From the IMG/VR virus record IMGVR_UViG_3300033067_000187, positions 1 through 26,018 of that record: a DNA stretch of 26,018 nucleotides; one strand, given 5' to 3'. A program made the translations under genes and the position numbers. Numbering within the stretch: the stretch's first letter is position 1; each line of letters starts with the position of its first letter. The notes beneath the pieces were generated by a model. The model made no database searches. It was not told the origin of the DNA and saw only the letters and a program-made list of their open reading frames with translations. The DNA is from a virus (lineage: Duplodnaviria; Caudoviricetes). Positions 25,537 through 26,018 of this stretch are shown here, in pieces.

Positions 25537-26018
25537 ATGACCTACAGCGTAAAGCTTCCTGATGGTCGAATGATCACGGGCATCCCTGACGATGTTCCGT
25601 TGTCGCAGGTTCAGCAACAGTTTGCTGCCATGCAGAGCAGTATGGGCAGCGGTACGGAAACTCCCCCTGCACCGGGGGACTTGCAGAAGCGTATCGCTGC
25701 CATTTTCGCTACTGCACCTGTAGAGCCTTCGAAGTCGATTTCGAACTCCTTTATGAAGGGGGTCGAGTCCTTTGCAAGCGCCAGCAGGACGGGGCTGGCG
25801 TCGATCTTCGGGGACGCGAACGAAGCGGCTGAGGCAGGTTCCGCACGCGGCGAAGAACTCGCAAAGCGTCGCGGACAATCTACGGGGCTCGATGGAATCG
25901 CAGGGGCCTACGAGAAGGGCGGGCTCAGTGCTGCGGCGGGCGAAATCGTCTCGCAGTTTCCGCATCTTGTTTTCGAGAACCTTCCGAACATGGCGGCGGT
26001 TGCCGGTGGCGCTAAAAC
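25537..26018 (+). CDS. Probable large ejection protein, 3'-truncated (not in the ORF track)
   Basis: ATG 25537 after a GAGGA RBS. MTYSVKLPDGRMITGIPDDVP... stays open to the window end. Confidence 0.7.
   Translation, partial: MTYSVKLPDGRMITGIPDDVPLSQVQQQFAAMQSSMGSGTETPPAPGDLQKRIAAIFATAPVEPSKSISNSFMKGVESFASASRTGLASIFGDANEAAEAGSARGEELAKRRGQSTGLDGIAGAYEKGGLSAAAGEIVSQFPHLVFENLPNMAAVAGGAK

Noticed and set aside
912-25965. Many long minus-strand and alternate-frame ORFs (e.g. 912..1862, 4277..5044, 4992..5792, 18249..18989)
   Set aside because: They are shadows of GC-rich, codon-biased + strand genes, with no recognisable motifs or RBS. The + strand is already fully tiled.
1-26018. Alternative genetic code or stop-codon readthrough
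   Set aside because: All three stops terminate genes at sensible coupled junctions, and the breaks at 13408 and 14421 are frame changes, not in-frame stops.

Overview
The whole window is one tightly packed, + strand late (morphogenesis) operon of a podovirus-like tailed dsDNA phage. The two-component spanin indicates a Gram-negative host. Gene order: 5'-truncated portal, GH108 endolysin, small ORF, GroES-like co-chaperonin, scaffold-like protein, two head-associated proteins, major capsid protein, a UUCG hairpin plus a candidate pseudoknotted RNA leader, small virion proteins, head-tail adaptors, an adhesin-like gene, a holin/spanin cassette, an AT-richer adhesin/appendage module, a tail fibre with an S74 chaperone, tail nozzle, a His-repeat fibre, and four probable ejection proteins (the last is 3'-truncated). 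The appendage module contains an Ig/beta-propeller gene apparently split by two compensating frameshifts. The best leads are the structured RNA between the capsid gene and the next RBS, the split ~940-codon adhesin gene, and a shared [FY]xxGG motif in putative core/ejected proteins. All product calls come from motif recognition and synteny; no database search was run.
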